A stretch of 64,000 bases of DNA, from contig CAVKIG010000001.1 of NCBI GenBank assembly GCA_963656415.1, positions 1,770 through 65,769 on the forward strand. The letters are read 5' to 3'. A program made the translations under genes and the position numbers. Each line of letters begins with the position of its first letter. The stretch's first letter is position 1. The stretch is from a bacterium. GTDB taxonomy: Bacteria > Bacillota > Clostridia > Christensenellales > CAG-917. Shown here piece by piece: positions 53,492-63,624 of the stretch. The notes under the pieces are model-generated. The model was not told the origin of the DNA. It saw nothing but the letters and a program-made list of their open reading frames with translations, and made no database searches.

Positions 53492-54487
53492 TCACAAATC
53501 GTTTTCTTCGCTTTCCTGATTGTACTCTTCGACGCTTTGAAGTTGTTGCTCGCTTCTGTAGCCGAATTCGACCGTATTTATGACCGTCGTTGCGTCGGTG
53601 TAGAAACTCAGTCCTTTCGTCTTGTAATATCCGATAAGTTCTATTGCGCGAAGAATGAAGTAATAAAGAGACGGCAAAATCAACGACATAAGTCCGCCAG
53701 TGGGTATTGCAAATGCGGTTGCAAGCAAATACACGATTGTGAACGTGACGACGTACGATTTGAACAGTCCGCCCATATTTGACTTTACGTAAGTGAGCGA
53801 GCGCGTGAAACTTGTGTACACTTTCTCTTCGGGATGGAACAACATTCTTGGTAGCCACCCTGCAAAAAGCAGTGATCTAAGCGAACAAATCAACACTCCT
53901 ACGATAAGAAGAATGGGTATCACGAAGAAACCGACGTGCTCGAAAAGTCCGAACAATATGTTTGCCATAATCGCGAAGAAAATGACGTCGATGGGAAGAG
54001 ATATCGTAAGCCTTGCCGCAGAATATTTGCACGCTTTTTTGAAGTTGAGCGCGAGATTGCTCGCAAAACCTATGCGATAGTTGGACGCCATAAGTTTGTT
54101 CACTATGTCGGATATCGTGAAATATGACAGACCGAACACGAAACAGTAGAACGCATACACGAATATAATCGCTAAAGAAAGGCTAGCCGCAAAGGTCGGA
54201 AATTGGACGATGTCTATAAGGAAACATTTCCCTTCCGTAATCACATCCGCAAGCGCGGCGCGTATCGTTTGCGATCCCGTCCACACCGTCTTGACGCTCT
54301 CGATAATATTGTCAAGATGAGCGGGGAAATTGACAATGGACACCATATCCATTGATTTCCAAATGGGCAAGATGATCGCCGCCCCGAGCGCAAACGCAAG
54401 AAGCAACGATATAAGAATCCACACCAGTATTTTCAGCGCGTATCCGAGATTTGAAAAAAGAATCGAAATCGAATATTTGAATTCCAT
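53492..54487 (-). CDS. Polytopic membrane protein, unknown function
   Basis: 331 aa with about 6-7 hydrophobic segments and an acidic C-terminal tail. I recognise no motif. Confidence 0.4.
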   Translation of the reverse strand: MEFKYSISILFSNLGYALKILVWILISLLLAFALGAAIILPIWKSMDMVSIVNFPAHLDNIIESVKTVWTGSQTIRAALADVITEGKCFLIDIVQFPTFAASLSLAIIFVYAFYCFVFGLSYFTISDIVNKLMASNYRIGFASNLALNFKKACKYSAARLTISLPIDVIFFAIMANILFGLFEHVGFFVIPILLIVGVLICSLRSLLFAGWLPRMLFHPEEKVYTSFTRSLTYVKSNMGGLFKSYVVTFTIVYLLATAFAIPTGGLMSLILPSLYYFILRAIELIGYYKTKGLSFYTDATTVINTVEFGYRSEQQLQSVEEYNQESEENDL

Positions 54488-54561
54488 TTTATTCTCCGAG
54501 CGGTCAAGCCGCCTTGTTTTTAAGTCAATTTGTACGGCATATCCTGCCGCAAAACCGACGA

Positions 54562-55440
54562 TTATTTTTTACGTTTTTTTGATTTTGACCAAATAGATTG
54601 CTCTTTTCTTTCAAGGTCAACTCTTTCCGTGCCCGTGACGTCATAAAATAGCGTGTACATGAGCACGAGATAGAACGGCACGACGTACAGATATGCGATA
54701 ACGTCGAGAATGAATTGAGCAACCACGCCTGCACCGAGCGCACCCGTGATAATCATTGCGATTTCGACAGGCAGTATTGCAAGAACGATATGAAGCATAG
54801 TGGGTATAACTCTTCCCGAGATGCTCTTTGTAGCCTGCTTGAATGCGTCTTTTGCTTTCATCCCCGTATGCAGACAGTACGGCGGCCATAAAATCACACG
54901 CGCCATAATGGAAATCATGCCGAGTTGCAACGCAATGTGCGTTATGCTTGACAAAACAAGCCAACCCACGCGATTTTTGCACAATTCCCACCACAAATAG
55001 TAGAACGCAACGGACAAAAGATTGAGAATCTCAAACGCCACGGACGCAAGCACGATAAATCTCAATGCGGTCAGAACGTTGAAATTGAGCCTGACTTTCA
55101 CCCGTGACGGCGAAACGGTAAATTCGCCAATGCGCATATGCCTGTCGATGACGCCCAACGTTATTGCAATGTCGAAAACGAAAAGGACAAGCCCGATTAT
55201 GCCTATATACCAATATTCAAACGGCAATTCGTAAACTTTGACGAGCATATCGAAAAAGTTTTCGGGCGCAATCGTTTTGTATGAGAATAAATATTTCAGC
55301 GCGCCGGTCGGCGACAATGCAAACGGAATAAGGAGCGACGGAAGTACGTTTATGAGCAAAAGGTATGCCCCTTTGTCAAAAAAGTATTTCCACGCCGCTT
55401 TGAAACACGCAGGATTTCTTGTGCTGTCTTTAATTCGCAT
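54562..55440 (-). CDS. Polytopic membrane protein, unknown function
   Basis: 292 aa with about 6 hydrophobic segments and a basic C-terminal tail. I recognise no motif. Confidence 0.4.
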   Translation of the reverse strand: MRIKDSTRNPACFKAAWKYFFDKGAYLLLINVLPSLLIPFALSPTGALKYLFSYKTIAPENFFDMLVKVYELPFEYWYIGIIGLVLFVFDIAITLGVIDRHMRIGEFTVSPSRVKVRLNFNVLTALRFIVLASVAFEILNLLSVAFYYLWWELCKNRVGWLVLSSITHIALQLGMISIMARVILWPPYCLHTGMKAKDAFKQATKSISGRVIPTMLHIVLAILPVEIAMIITGALGAGVVAQFILDVIAYLYVVPFYLVLMYTLFYDVTGTERVDLERKEQSIWSKSKKRKK

Positions 55441-55508
55441 AGCGTTCTCCTTTGCCTTATTTCATCTCGGGCATTGCCCTGCCCTTTCCTTTCGTTGCTT
55501 TTCCGTTG

Positions 55509-58133
55509 TCAGTCGAACATCGCAAGTTTATCGTGAAGTTTTGCGAGTTTTTCAATGGCCTTTTCGAGTTTATCTTTCTCGTTGTCAATGAGTTTTTGCG
55601 GCGCTTTTGCCGTGAACCCTGCGTTTGAAAGCAAACCTTTGGTCTTGTTTATCACTGCTTCGGTCTGTGCGATTTCGGCGTTGATACGTTCTTTTTCCTT
55701 GTCTTCGTCGATAAGCTCCCCGAGCGGAATGAATATTTCTGCGTCGTGTGTGACGATGCTGCTGAGTTTTCCGCTTATCTCGCTCTTATCTTTCACAAGC
55801 GTGACTTCGTTGACGTTTGCAAGTTTTTGGAGATACGGGATTGCGGACGTTATGAATTTTTCGTCTTTTGCGATGATATAAGCGTTTATCTTCTTTGACG
55901 GAACGACGTTCATTTCGTTGCGCAAATTGCGGATAGAACCTATGATTTCGCGCAAACCTTCAAAACTCGACTCTTCCTTGCGGAACACTCTGTGTTTGTT
56001 GTAGGTCGGCCATGCCTGAATCATAAGCACGCTGCCCTTCGGCGCGTATTTGGAATAGATTTCTTCGGTTACGAACGGCATGAACGGATGCAACAGTTTG
56101 AGAATTTCCGTCAACACGTAGGAAAGCATCGCGATTGCGTGATTGTGCTGCTTCTTGTCGTCGCTGTAAAGCATCGTCTTGCTCATCTCTATATACCAAT
56201 CGCAGAACTCGCTCCACACAAAATCGTAAAGTCTTGCGGCGGCAAGTCCCAATTCGTACTTGTTGAGATTGATTGTGACTTCCTTGATTACGTCGTTAAG
56301 GCGAGTGAGAATCCACTTGTCCGCACCGTTGAAGCGTGCGGGCATGGACAAATCGTCGCCGTCTTTGATGTTCATAATCACAAAACGAGAAGCGTTCCAA
56401 AGTTTATTGACAAAGTTTCTGCAACTCTCGATTTTGCCGTCCGTAAATCTTGTGTCGCTGCCCGGCGCAATGCCCGTTGCAAGCGAGAAACGCAATGCGT
56501 CTGCGCCGTATTTGTCGATGATTTCAAGCGGATCGATGCCGTTGCCGAGACTCTTTGACATCTTTCTGCCTTGCGCGTCGCGCACGAGACCGTGGATAAG
56601 CACTTCGCTGAACGGCACTTCGTGCATAAACTCGAGTCCGCTGAACATCATTCTCGCAACCCAGAAGAATATTATGTCGTATCCCGTGACAAGCACGTTC
56701 GTGGGATAGAAATATTCGAGATTTTTCGTCTTTTTGGGGAATCCGAGCGTAGAGAACGGCCAGAGTGCCGAACTGAACCACGTGTCAAGCACGTCTTCAT
56801 CCTGATGAATGTGGTTTCCGCCGCACTTGGGGCAAGTCTCCACTTTCGTCTTTGAAACTATCGTCTCGCCGCAATCGTCGCAATAGTATGCGGGGATTCT
56901 GTGTCCCCACCAAAGTTGACGGGAAATACACCAGTCGCGGATGTTCTCCATCCAGTTGAAATAGGTGTTTTCAAATCTCTTGGGGATAAACTCGGTTTTC
57001 TTGTCCTTCACCGCTTTGATTGCAGGTTCTGCAAGCGGCTTCATTTTTACAAACCATTGCTTTGACACGAGCGATTCCACCGTTTCGCCGCAACGATAGC
57101 AAGTGCCGACGTTGTGCGCATACGGCTCGATTTTCACCATAAGACCGAGTGCGGTCAAATCTTCGACAATAGCTTTTCTTGCCGAAAGTCTGTCCATGCC
57201 TTGATACTTGCCTGCATTTTCGTTCATAAGACCGTCTTCGCCGATAACCTGAATGACGGGCAAGTTGTGACGCAAGCCGAGTTCGAAGTCGTTGGGGTCG
57301 TGAGCAGGCGTGATCTTAACCGCGCCAGTACCGAAACCGATCTCGCAATAATCATCCGCAACGACGGGGATTTCTCTGTCCGTGAGCGGAAGTTTGACGG
57401 TTTTGCCGACGTACTTTGCCATTTTTTCGTCTTTGGGATTGACTGCAACCGCCGTGTCTCCGAGCATTGTCTCGGGACGAGTGGTCGCAATGACGATTGC
57501 GTCGTCTTCACCCACCACGGGGTATTTGTAATACCAAAGATTCGATTGTTGTTCTTCATATTCCACTTCTGCGTCACTAAGCGCGGTGTGGCAATGCGGA
57601 CACCAGTTGATGATGCGGTTTCCGCGATAAATCAAACCTTTTTTGTAGTATTTTACAAACGCTTCAAGCACGGCGTTTGAGCAGTTTTCGTCCATGGTGA
57701 ATGCGGATTTTGACCAATCGCAAGAGATGCCGAGTGCTTTTTGTTGCTCGACGATTCTTCCGCCGTATTGGTTTTTCCACGCCCACGCGCGCTCCAAAAA
57801 TCCGTCTCTGCCAACGTCGTTTTTGGAAAGTCCTTCTTCTTTGCGCATCTTTTCGACAACCTTGACTTCGGTTGCAATCGACGCGTGGTCCGTGCCCGGC
57901 ATCCAAAGCGTTTCGTAACCGCACATACGTTTGAAGCGGACGATTACGTCTTGAATGGTTTCGTCAAGTGCATGTCCCATGTGAAGTTGTCCCGTGATGT
58001 TGGGCGGTGGCATCATCACCGTAAAAGGCTCTTTCTCGGCGTTGGGATGCGCTTCGAAAAACTTCCCTTTCATCCACATATCGTAGATGCGTTTTTCAAA
58101 CTCGGGATTGTAAGTTTTTTCCATATCTTGCAT
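55509..58133 (-). CDS. valS: Valine-tRNA ligase
   Basis: PNITGQLHMGHAL (HIGH), KMSKSLGN (KMSKS) and a C-terminal coiled coil. The ATG at 58133 has AAGGAGA 10 nt upstream. Confidence 0.95.
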   Translation of the reverse strand: MQDMEKTYNPEFEKRIYDMWMKGKFFEAHPNAEKEPFTVMMPPPNITGQLHMGHALDETIQDVIVRFKRMCGYETLWMPGTDHASIATEVKVVEKMRKEEGLSKNDVGRDGFLERAWAWKNQYGGRIVEQQKALGISCDWSKSAFTMDENCSNAVLEAFVKYYKKGLIYRGNRIINWCPHCHTALSDAEVEYEEQQSNLWYYKYPVVGEDDAIVIATTRPETMLGDTAVAVNPKDEKMAKYVGKTVKLPLTDREIPVVADDYCEIGFGTGAVKITPAHDPNDFELGLRHNLPVIQVIGEDGLMNENAGKYQGMDRLSARKAIVEDLTALGLMVKIEPYAHNVGTCYRCGETVESLVSKQWFVKMKPLAEPAIKAVKDKKTEFIPKRFENTYFNWMENIRDWCISRQLWWGHRIPAYYCDDCGETIVSKTKVETCPKCGGNHIHQDEDVLDTWFSSALWPFSTLGFPKKTKNLEYFYPTNVLVTGYDIIFFWVARMMFSGLEFMHEVPFSEVLIHGLVRDAQGRKMSKSLGNGIDPLEIIDKYGADALRFSLATGIAPGSDTRFTDGKIESCRNFVNKLWNASRFVIMNIKDGDDLSMPARFNGADKWILTRLNDVIKEVTINLNKYELGLAAARLYDFVWSEFCDWYIEMSKTMLYSDDKKQHNHAIAMLSYVLTEILKLLHPFMPFVTEEIYSKYAPKGSVLMIQAWPTYNKHRVFRKEESSFEGLREIIGSIRNLRNEMNVVPSKKINAYIIAKDEKFITSAIPYLQKLANVNEVTLVKDKSEISGKLSSIVTHDAEIFIPLGELIDEDKEKERINAEIAQTEAVINKTKGLLSNAGFTAKAPQKLIDNEKDKLEKAIEKLAKLHDKLAMFD

Positions 58134-58356
58134 ATTGTCAATTCTCCTTGCGCCGTCACGGCGCACTTTGTCTTTTCTTTATCGCAAAGTCGCAAAGCGC
58201 ACAAATTTACGCTTTGCGACCGATATTATATATTTTTAGCGAACACGTCTATACGCTTTTGGGCTATACCGACGAGCGTTTTTAAGGCTATTTAGCCATA
58301 CGTTTTGCAGGCATATTCCAATCTATCACAGCGGAATTATGCTCGCTTTTACGCAA

Positions 58357-59082
58357 TCAGCCTTCGTACGTGCCGTCTTTCTTTTCTTGAACGATCTTTT
58401 GGTCTTCTTCCTTGACAGAATCCGCCGTTGCCGCTTGCAACTTGCCTTCTTTGATGAGCTTCACTTGCTTTGACGTCTCGACAAGATAGCTGAATGCCGC
58501 CGCATACGAGAGCGCGATACCCCAGGCGAGAATGCCCCAGTCCGCATATTGCACGAAGTTGTGGAAGAATGCAAGAATCACACCGATAGAAATCGTGAAA
58601 GAAGAAACCTTGCCCAGCCAGTTTGCCTTTACGGTCGCGCCTTTTTTGAGAACGTAGAGCGCAATCATCGCCTGAATGAACTCTTTTGCAAAAATCAAGA
58701 TCACAAATGCGTAATGCACAAACCACGGATTTGAAAGCGTTCCGTCGGCAACGAGATTTTTGCCGAGTGCCGTAAGCCCCGTGCAGAACGACAGGCAGGC
58801 AAGCACCGATACGTGCATGAGTTTGTCGGCTATCGGGTCGAGAACCATGCCGATGCCGCTTTGCATATTGAATTTTCTTGCAATCCAGCCGTCGACCATA
58901 TCGCTTGCGCTCGCAAAGAAAAATACGCCGAGTGCCGCATAGAACAGAGTGAAATCGTCTCTGACTCCGCCAAGTGCCATGAGCGTCACGAAAACGGGGA
59001 CGCAGATTATGCGGAAATACGTGATGATGTTTGGGATAGTCCAGACTTCTTTGAAGTCAACCTGACCGATTTTTTTTGCCAT
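58357..59082 (-). CDS. pgsA: CDP-diacylglycerol--glycerol-3-phosphate 3-phosphatidyltransferase (CDP-alcohol phosphatidyltransferase family)
   Basis: DMVDGWIARKFNMQSGIGMVLDPIADKL is the D(x)2DG(x)2AR...D(x)3D motif. The ATG at 59082 has GGAGAG 7 nt upstream. Confidence 0.8.
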   Translation of the reverse strand: MAKKIGQVDFKEVWTIPNIITYFRIICVPVFVTLMALGGVRDDFTLFYAALGVFFFASASDMVDGWIARKFNMQSGIGMVLDPIADKLMHVSVLACLSFCTGLTALGKNLVADGTLSNPWFVHYAFVILIFAKEFIQAMIALYVLKKGATVKANWLGKVSSFTISIGVILAFFHNFVQYADWGILAWGIALSYAAAFSYLVETSKQVKLIKEGKLQAATADSVKEEDQKIVQEKKDGTYEG

Positions 59083-59229
59083 AAGGTTACTCTCCATAGC
59101 GCGTATACGCATAATGCGCATGCGCAACATAATATATAGTGATTATAACAAAGATTTTCGCGCGTGTAAACAATAAAATTCGCATGAATGCACAAAATAA
59201 TCAAAAATGTGTATAAAGGGACAAAGCCT

Positions 59230-60159
59230 ATGCAAAACTGTCTTATCATCATCAACAAAAACGCCGGTTCGAGCAAGAAAATCTCGTTTGGAAAAGTGGA
59301 AAAATGTCTCGGAGACGATTATCGTTACAAGCATTGCACGATTCCCGATGACGAAATCGAGAATTTTTCCGCTTACGACGCAGTGGCGATTTGCGGCGGC
59401 GACGGCACGCTTGCAAGCATTCTCGAAAAAGCGTGCGATATGCCGCTCAAAGTGTTTTACTTCCCCGTAGGCACACTCAACGACAAGGCAAAGGCAGAAA
59501 GATACTCTCATTTGAAAGCAAAATGTCCGTCTTGCGACGAAGAAAAAGGTAAAGCAAAGCCAATCGTCGTGGGGAAATGCGCCCGACTTATCGAAGAAGA
59601 CGGATATATAACGGAAGAGTGCGACAAGAGTCTTTTTTCATACGTTTTTGCGGCAGGCTCGTTTACGCCGATAGGCTATACGTCCGACGTAAAAGAAAAA
59701 CAAAAATTCGGAGCGTTGGCATACGTATCGAAAGTCGTTGAAGAATACAAACCGCACAGAATAAAAGCGACGATTACCACCGATAAGAAAACTTATGACG
59801 ATGAGTTTTCGCTTATAATGTTTCTCAAATCGCCGAGATGTTTCGGCTTTCACTTCAACAAAGCGTACGACGGCGAAAGCATGAGCGGACACGTTCTTGC
59901 GATACGCTCTCCGAAACATAAAGGCGCACTTGGTTATATCGAGATGTTTTTCCCTTTCTTCCGTGCGTTTTTCATGGGGCTGAAAAAAGAAAGAGACAAG
60001 GGCTCTTTGATTTTCAAGAAGATATATTCGGCAAATCTAACACTTCCAGAAGACGTCGATTTTTGCAAAGACGGAGAAAAATACGTGCTGAAAAAAGGAC
60101 GGTACAAAATCTCATTCCGACGTTCGCTTTGCGATTTTTGCGTGATAGAAAAATTTTGA
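59230..60159 (+). CDS. Diacylglycerol-kinase-family lipid kinase (YegS/BmrU-like)
   Basis: IIINKNAGS and ICGGDGTL motifs. ORF 59188..60159, trimmed to the ATG at 59230. Confidence 0.7.
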   Translation: MQNCLIIINKNAGSSKKISFGKVEKCLGDDYRYKHCTIPDDEIENFSAYDAVAICGGDGTLASILEKACDMPLKVFYFPVGTLNDKAKAERYSHLKAKCPSCDEEKGKAKPIVVGKCARLIEEDGYITEECDKSLFSYVFAAGSFTPIGYTSDVKEKQKFGALAYVSKVVEEYKPHRIKATITTDKKTYDDEFSLIMFLKSPRCFGFHFNKAYDGESMSGHVLAIRSPKHKGALGYIEMFFPFFRAFFMGLKKERDKGSLIFKKIYSANLTLPEDVDFCKDGEKYVLKKGRYKISFRRSLCDFCVIEKF

Positions 60160-60514
60160 AAACGGAAGTTAAACTTTGCAAGGCAAGCAAAACGCGACGC
60201 CGAATTCTTACGTAAACATAAGTCAATTTTTATTTCGCTCGACAAACCGTCGTTTGCTTTAGTGAGGATATGAGCACTTGTCTTATTGCATTGATGAACA
60301 CACGGCAAAACGGAAACGGAAGTACTCTAAAAAACGCCGATTTTTAGAAAGAATTCTCAAAAATGACGTTTTTTAGAATACATTTATTTCAATTTTTCAA
60401 TAAAATTAGAATAATAATGCAGTGTTTAGTGTATTTTTCCAAGCATTCTCGTTTTATTTGTTTTACACTCAAACATATGTACATTTGCTTATATTTTGAA
60501 AAAAGCATATAAAA

Positions 60515-60562
60515 AACAAGGTCTTCGGGCATTTGTTTGCAGCCGAAAAACTTGTCTCTTCT
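60515..60562 (-). terminator. Terminator after the HAD hydrolase gene
   Basis: Minus strand: ACAAG-TTT-TTCGG...CCGAA-GAC-CTTGT followed by TTTTTTAT. Confidence 0.55.
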
Positions 60563-60583
60563 TATACAAAATTCAATCTCACT

Positions 60584-61237
60584 TCAACGTTTCGACACAA
60601 GACTTGCAACGTCGCTTGGAGTTTTTACGATATGCTCTGCCCTATGCTCTTCAAACTCTTTTCTGTTACCGTATCCGTACAAAACGGCACACACGTCAAT
60701 GCCGCAAATATGCGCGCCGTCAATGTCGTACATACGGTCGCCCACCATCAAAACTTTGGATTTGTCATTGACGGCAAGGCGGCAAAGAACGTCATCGATC
60801 ACGTCGCACTTTGCTTCTTTGCTTGCGTCGCTCGATGCGCCGCCCACCACATCAAAGTACTTTTCAAGATCAAAGCCTTTGACAATCATGTTTGTAAATT
60901 TGATTGGTTTGCTTGTGGCGACGGCAAGTCGTTTTCCTGCGGCTTTGAGTTCATGCAACATTTTTTTCACACCGGAGAAAACCTCGCAATGTTTCCAGCC
61001 GTATTTCTCGTATTCTCCGCGATACAGTCCTATAAGTTTTTCAATGCTCTTCTCGTCCTGTTCCAAGAAATCGTGCATGCTCACCCTAAAAGGCGGTCCT
61101 ATCATCTTGTCGAGAATCTCGTTTGTGTACGGCACGCCCTCGTGGTCGAGTGCATAGCGGATACACTCCACGATGCCCGGCTTGCTGTCAATCAGCGTTC
61201 CGTCAAGGTCAAACAATATATATTCATAGTCTTTCAT
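60584..61237 (-). CDS. HAD-superfamily hydrolase (phosphoglycolate phosphatase/PpaX-like)
   Basis: ILFDLDGTLIDS motif I and VGDRMYDIDGA motif IV. GGAGA RBS. Confidence 0.8.
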   Translation of the reverse strand: MKDYEYILFDLDGTLIDSKPGIVECIRYALDHEGVPYTNEILDKMIGPPFRVSMHDFLEQDEKSIEKLIGLYRGEYEKYGWKHCEVFSGVKKMLHELKAAGKRLAVATSKPIKFTNMIVKGFDLEKYFDVVGGASSDASKEAKCDVIDDVLCRLAVNDKSKVLMVGDRMYDIDGAHICGIDVCAVLYGYGNRKEFEEHRAEHIVKTPSDVASLVSKR

Positions 61238-61329
61238 CGGTATCTCCAAAAATCGTTTTCAAATCAACGCATGGATTCGGCATGTTTTAGCCGTTTTATC
61301 CTACGATGCGTCGATTTGCAAATAATATT

Positions 61330-62289
61330 TTAGATAAACCGCTTGACGTTGTCAATCCATTTGCCGCTCAAAAGACTTACAATCGGCACGTCGAGAATGG
61401 TTTTTACTCCCCTTTCACCGCTTTGATACTCTTTTACGCAAGATTTGGCATATGCCATAAGCACTCCTGCGGTGAAATCGGGATTCGATTGCAGTTTAAG
61501 GTTGAATTCCATATCGCTGGAATATCCGTTCGACAATCCTTTTTCAAGCACGAAACCGCCATGCGCCATGCCGCTATGCTCCTTTTCGAATTCTTTTTCA
61601 TCGATAAAATGCACTATCGTATCGTAATTTGCAAAATAATCGGGCATACTCTTTATCGTTTTCTCGATAAATTCACCGTCTGCGCCGTCTTCGAGCACAA
61701 CGAAACATTCTCTTAGATGCTTATCTCGCTCGCACAAAGTTTTGCCTTGTCCACTCCGCACGGCATCGAGCGCAGATTGCTTGGGTATGGTGTATTGCAC
61801 GGCGTTTTTAACGCCTTCTATACGGCGTATCGCTTCTCCGTGCCCCTGCGACACACCTTTTCCCCAAAACGTTTGCAAATCTCCTTCTTTCGTCACCGCA
61901 CACATCAACGCACGCATAAGCGAAAACAGACCGGGGTCCCAACCTATTGCAATATAACTCAACTTATCAGTTACTTTTTGCCGCATGAACTCGGCGTATT
62001 CCGTCATTTTTGCGTGAGTGTCGAAAGAATCCACCGTATTAAACTCGTTTGCGACGCTTTTTGCAACTCCTATAAGGTCGTTTTTCGAGCCGACGCACAA
62101 CGCAAGCACGTCGATTTTGTCTTTGAACTCGAAAACGTCTTCTTGAGCGTACGTTTTCGTGCCGTAAGGCGAAACGACTTCACACGATTTTCTTCTTGTA
62201 AATATTCCGACGACTTCGTCGCCCTGTTCAACCAACCATTTTTCACACGCTTTGCCGAGATTTCCGTAACCAACAATTCCGACTTTCAT
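61330..62289 (-). CDS. ddh: meso-diaminopimelate D-dehydrogenase
   Basis: MKVGIVGYGNLG, GWDPGLFS and FWGKGVSQGHGEAIRRIEGVKNAVQYTIP closely parallel the Corynebacterium Ddh recalled from memory. Confidence 0.85.
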   Translation of the reverse strand: MKVGIVGYGNLGKACEKWLVEQGDEVVGIFTRRKSCEVVSPYGTKTYAQEDVFEFKDKIDVLALCVGSKNDLIGVAKSVANEFNTVDSFDTHAKMTEYAEFMRQKVTDKLSYIAIGWDPGLFSLMRALMCAVTKEGDLQTFWGKGVSQGHGEAIRRIEGVKNAVQYTIPKQSALDAVRSGQGKTLCERDKHLRECFVVLEDGADGEFIEKTIKSMPDYFANYDTIVHFIDEKEFEKEHSGMAHGGFVLEKGLSNGYSSDMEFNLKLQSNPDFTAGVLMAYAKSCVKEYQSGERGVKTILDVPIVSLLSGKWIDNVKRFI

Positions 62290-62555
62290 AAAACCACCTT
62301 TTCGATTATCTAACCGCATATTTTGTCAACTGCACGCTATCGTGGCGAAAACTTCGTTTTTAATTTCTGATTGAATCACATCTGTTTATTTATGTTTAAG
62401 CAATAAATCTTCCTTTCGGATTCTCCGAATATACGGCGCAGTGTGACACAATCTCTCACTGTTTTGCAAGCGACAGGCATAAAATACGGTAGACGTTCGT
62501 TTTTTGAAAGTTTATGCATAAAGAAAGCGAATGTTGACAATAATTTTTTGCGAGT

Positions 62556-62909
62556 ATGGATATGGTCAAACGTGGCGAATTGTATTATGCCGATTTATCA
62601 CCTGTGGTGGGCAGCGAGCAAGGGGGCGTGCGCCCCGTTCTAATCGTTCAAAATAACGTGGGAAACAAGTATAGTCCGACCATTATCGCCGCTGCGGTCA
62701 CGTCGCAACTAGGAAAAGCAAAACTGCCGACGCATATCGAACTGCCGGCAGGCAAATTCGGGCTTCCCAAAGACAGCGTAGTCTTGCTCGAACAAATACG
62801 AACGCTCGACAAAAAACGCCTAAAAGAAAAAATCGGCGAATTGCCGATCAATATGATGACCAAAGTCAACGAAGCGTTGCTCGTATCTCTTGGATTTTTT
62901 GAAACGTGA
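62556..62909 (+). CDS. mazF: MazF/PemK-family endoribonuclease toxin (EndoA-like)
   Basis: [60 protein letters not shown] is near-canonical EndoA/MazF. Confidence 0.9.
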   Translation: MDMVKRGELYYADLSPVVGSEQGGVRPVLIVQNNVGNKYSPTIIAAAVTSQLGKAKLPTHIELPAGKFGLPKDSVVLLEQIRTLDKKRLKEKIGELPINMMTKVNEALLVSLGFFET

Positions 62910-63025
62910 ATAATTTGTATTGTAGTTTGTTTTGCCGGTTCAACCGCTTAGAAAAAGCATGAGGTTTTTTATTTTTCTCTGTCGATTGTAATCGACTTTT
63001 TTGTTCAAAAAAACTATCTTATCTA

Positions 63026-63529
63026 TCACTCAATGAAAATATCGTCGAACAGTTTTGCAATAACTTTATTGATTATTGCAAAATCGAATCCTTTTGAATA
63101 GAGATGCGCACTGATTTTCTGTGCGCCCGTTTTATCGACGATTTTGCGCGATTTTGCATACTTTTGCGCCATATTCAGCGCAAGGTCGTATTCTTTTTCG
63201 TCGTCTTTTGCGTCAAGCAAAATATTGTCTACGAGTTTTTTGTCAACGCCTTTTTCGTTGACGAGTTTGTATGCGATTTTCTTTGCGCCGTACCTGTTTG
63301 AATTGAACATAAGATATGTGCGCACGTATTCTTCATCGTTGATATAGTTGTATTTTTTTGCTTTTCCTATTGCAAATTCCACTTCGTCTTTGTGATAGCC
63401 TTTGCCGTATAGTTTTTCCTTGCATTCTTTTTCCGAACGTGCGGAAAGCGCAAGATATTTCACAAGCGCGTCGTATGCTTTTTGTGCTCTTTCTTCATCG
63501 AGCGGATACTCTTTCAATTCTTCGGACAT
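63026..63529 (-). CDS. recX: RecX family regulatory protein
   Basis: 167 aa with three-fold helical repeats and LSARSEKECKEKLYGKGY...INDEEYVRTY typical of RecX. Confidence 0.7.
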   Translation of the reverse strand: MSEELKEYPLDEERAQKAYDALVKYLALSARSEKECKEKLYGKGYHKDEVEFAIGKAKKYNYINDEEYVRTYLMFNSNRYGAKKIAYKLVNEKGVDKKLVDNILLDAKDDEKEYDLALNMAQKYAKSRKIVDKTGAQKISAHLYSKGFDFAIINKVIAKLFDDIFIE

Positions 63530-63624
63530 ATTTCACCAACAAACACATGTTTTCGTATATCTAACGCACTGTTTTTTACTTTTTACTTTTCGGATTCAAG
63601 GATTTTGCAAGAGTAAAACTCAAA

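Noticed and set aside
60363-60512. A 49-codon ORF (MTFFRIHLFQFFNK...) in the 420-bp convergent spacer between the lipid kinase and the HAD hydrolase.
   Set aside because: AT-rich sequence with no RBS. The Phe/Ile/Tyr-rich composition is what AT-rich DNA yields by chance, and there is no supporting context.
62443-62643. The 66-codon ORF upstream of and overlapping mazF as a candidate antitoxin.
   Set aside because: It is out of frame with mazF and overlaps it by 88 nt. The product is Trp/Cys-rich with no RHH or AbrB-like features and no RBS.
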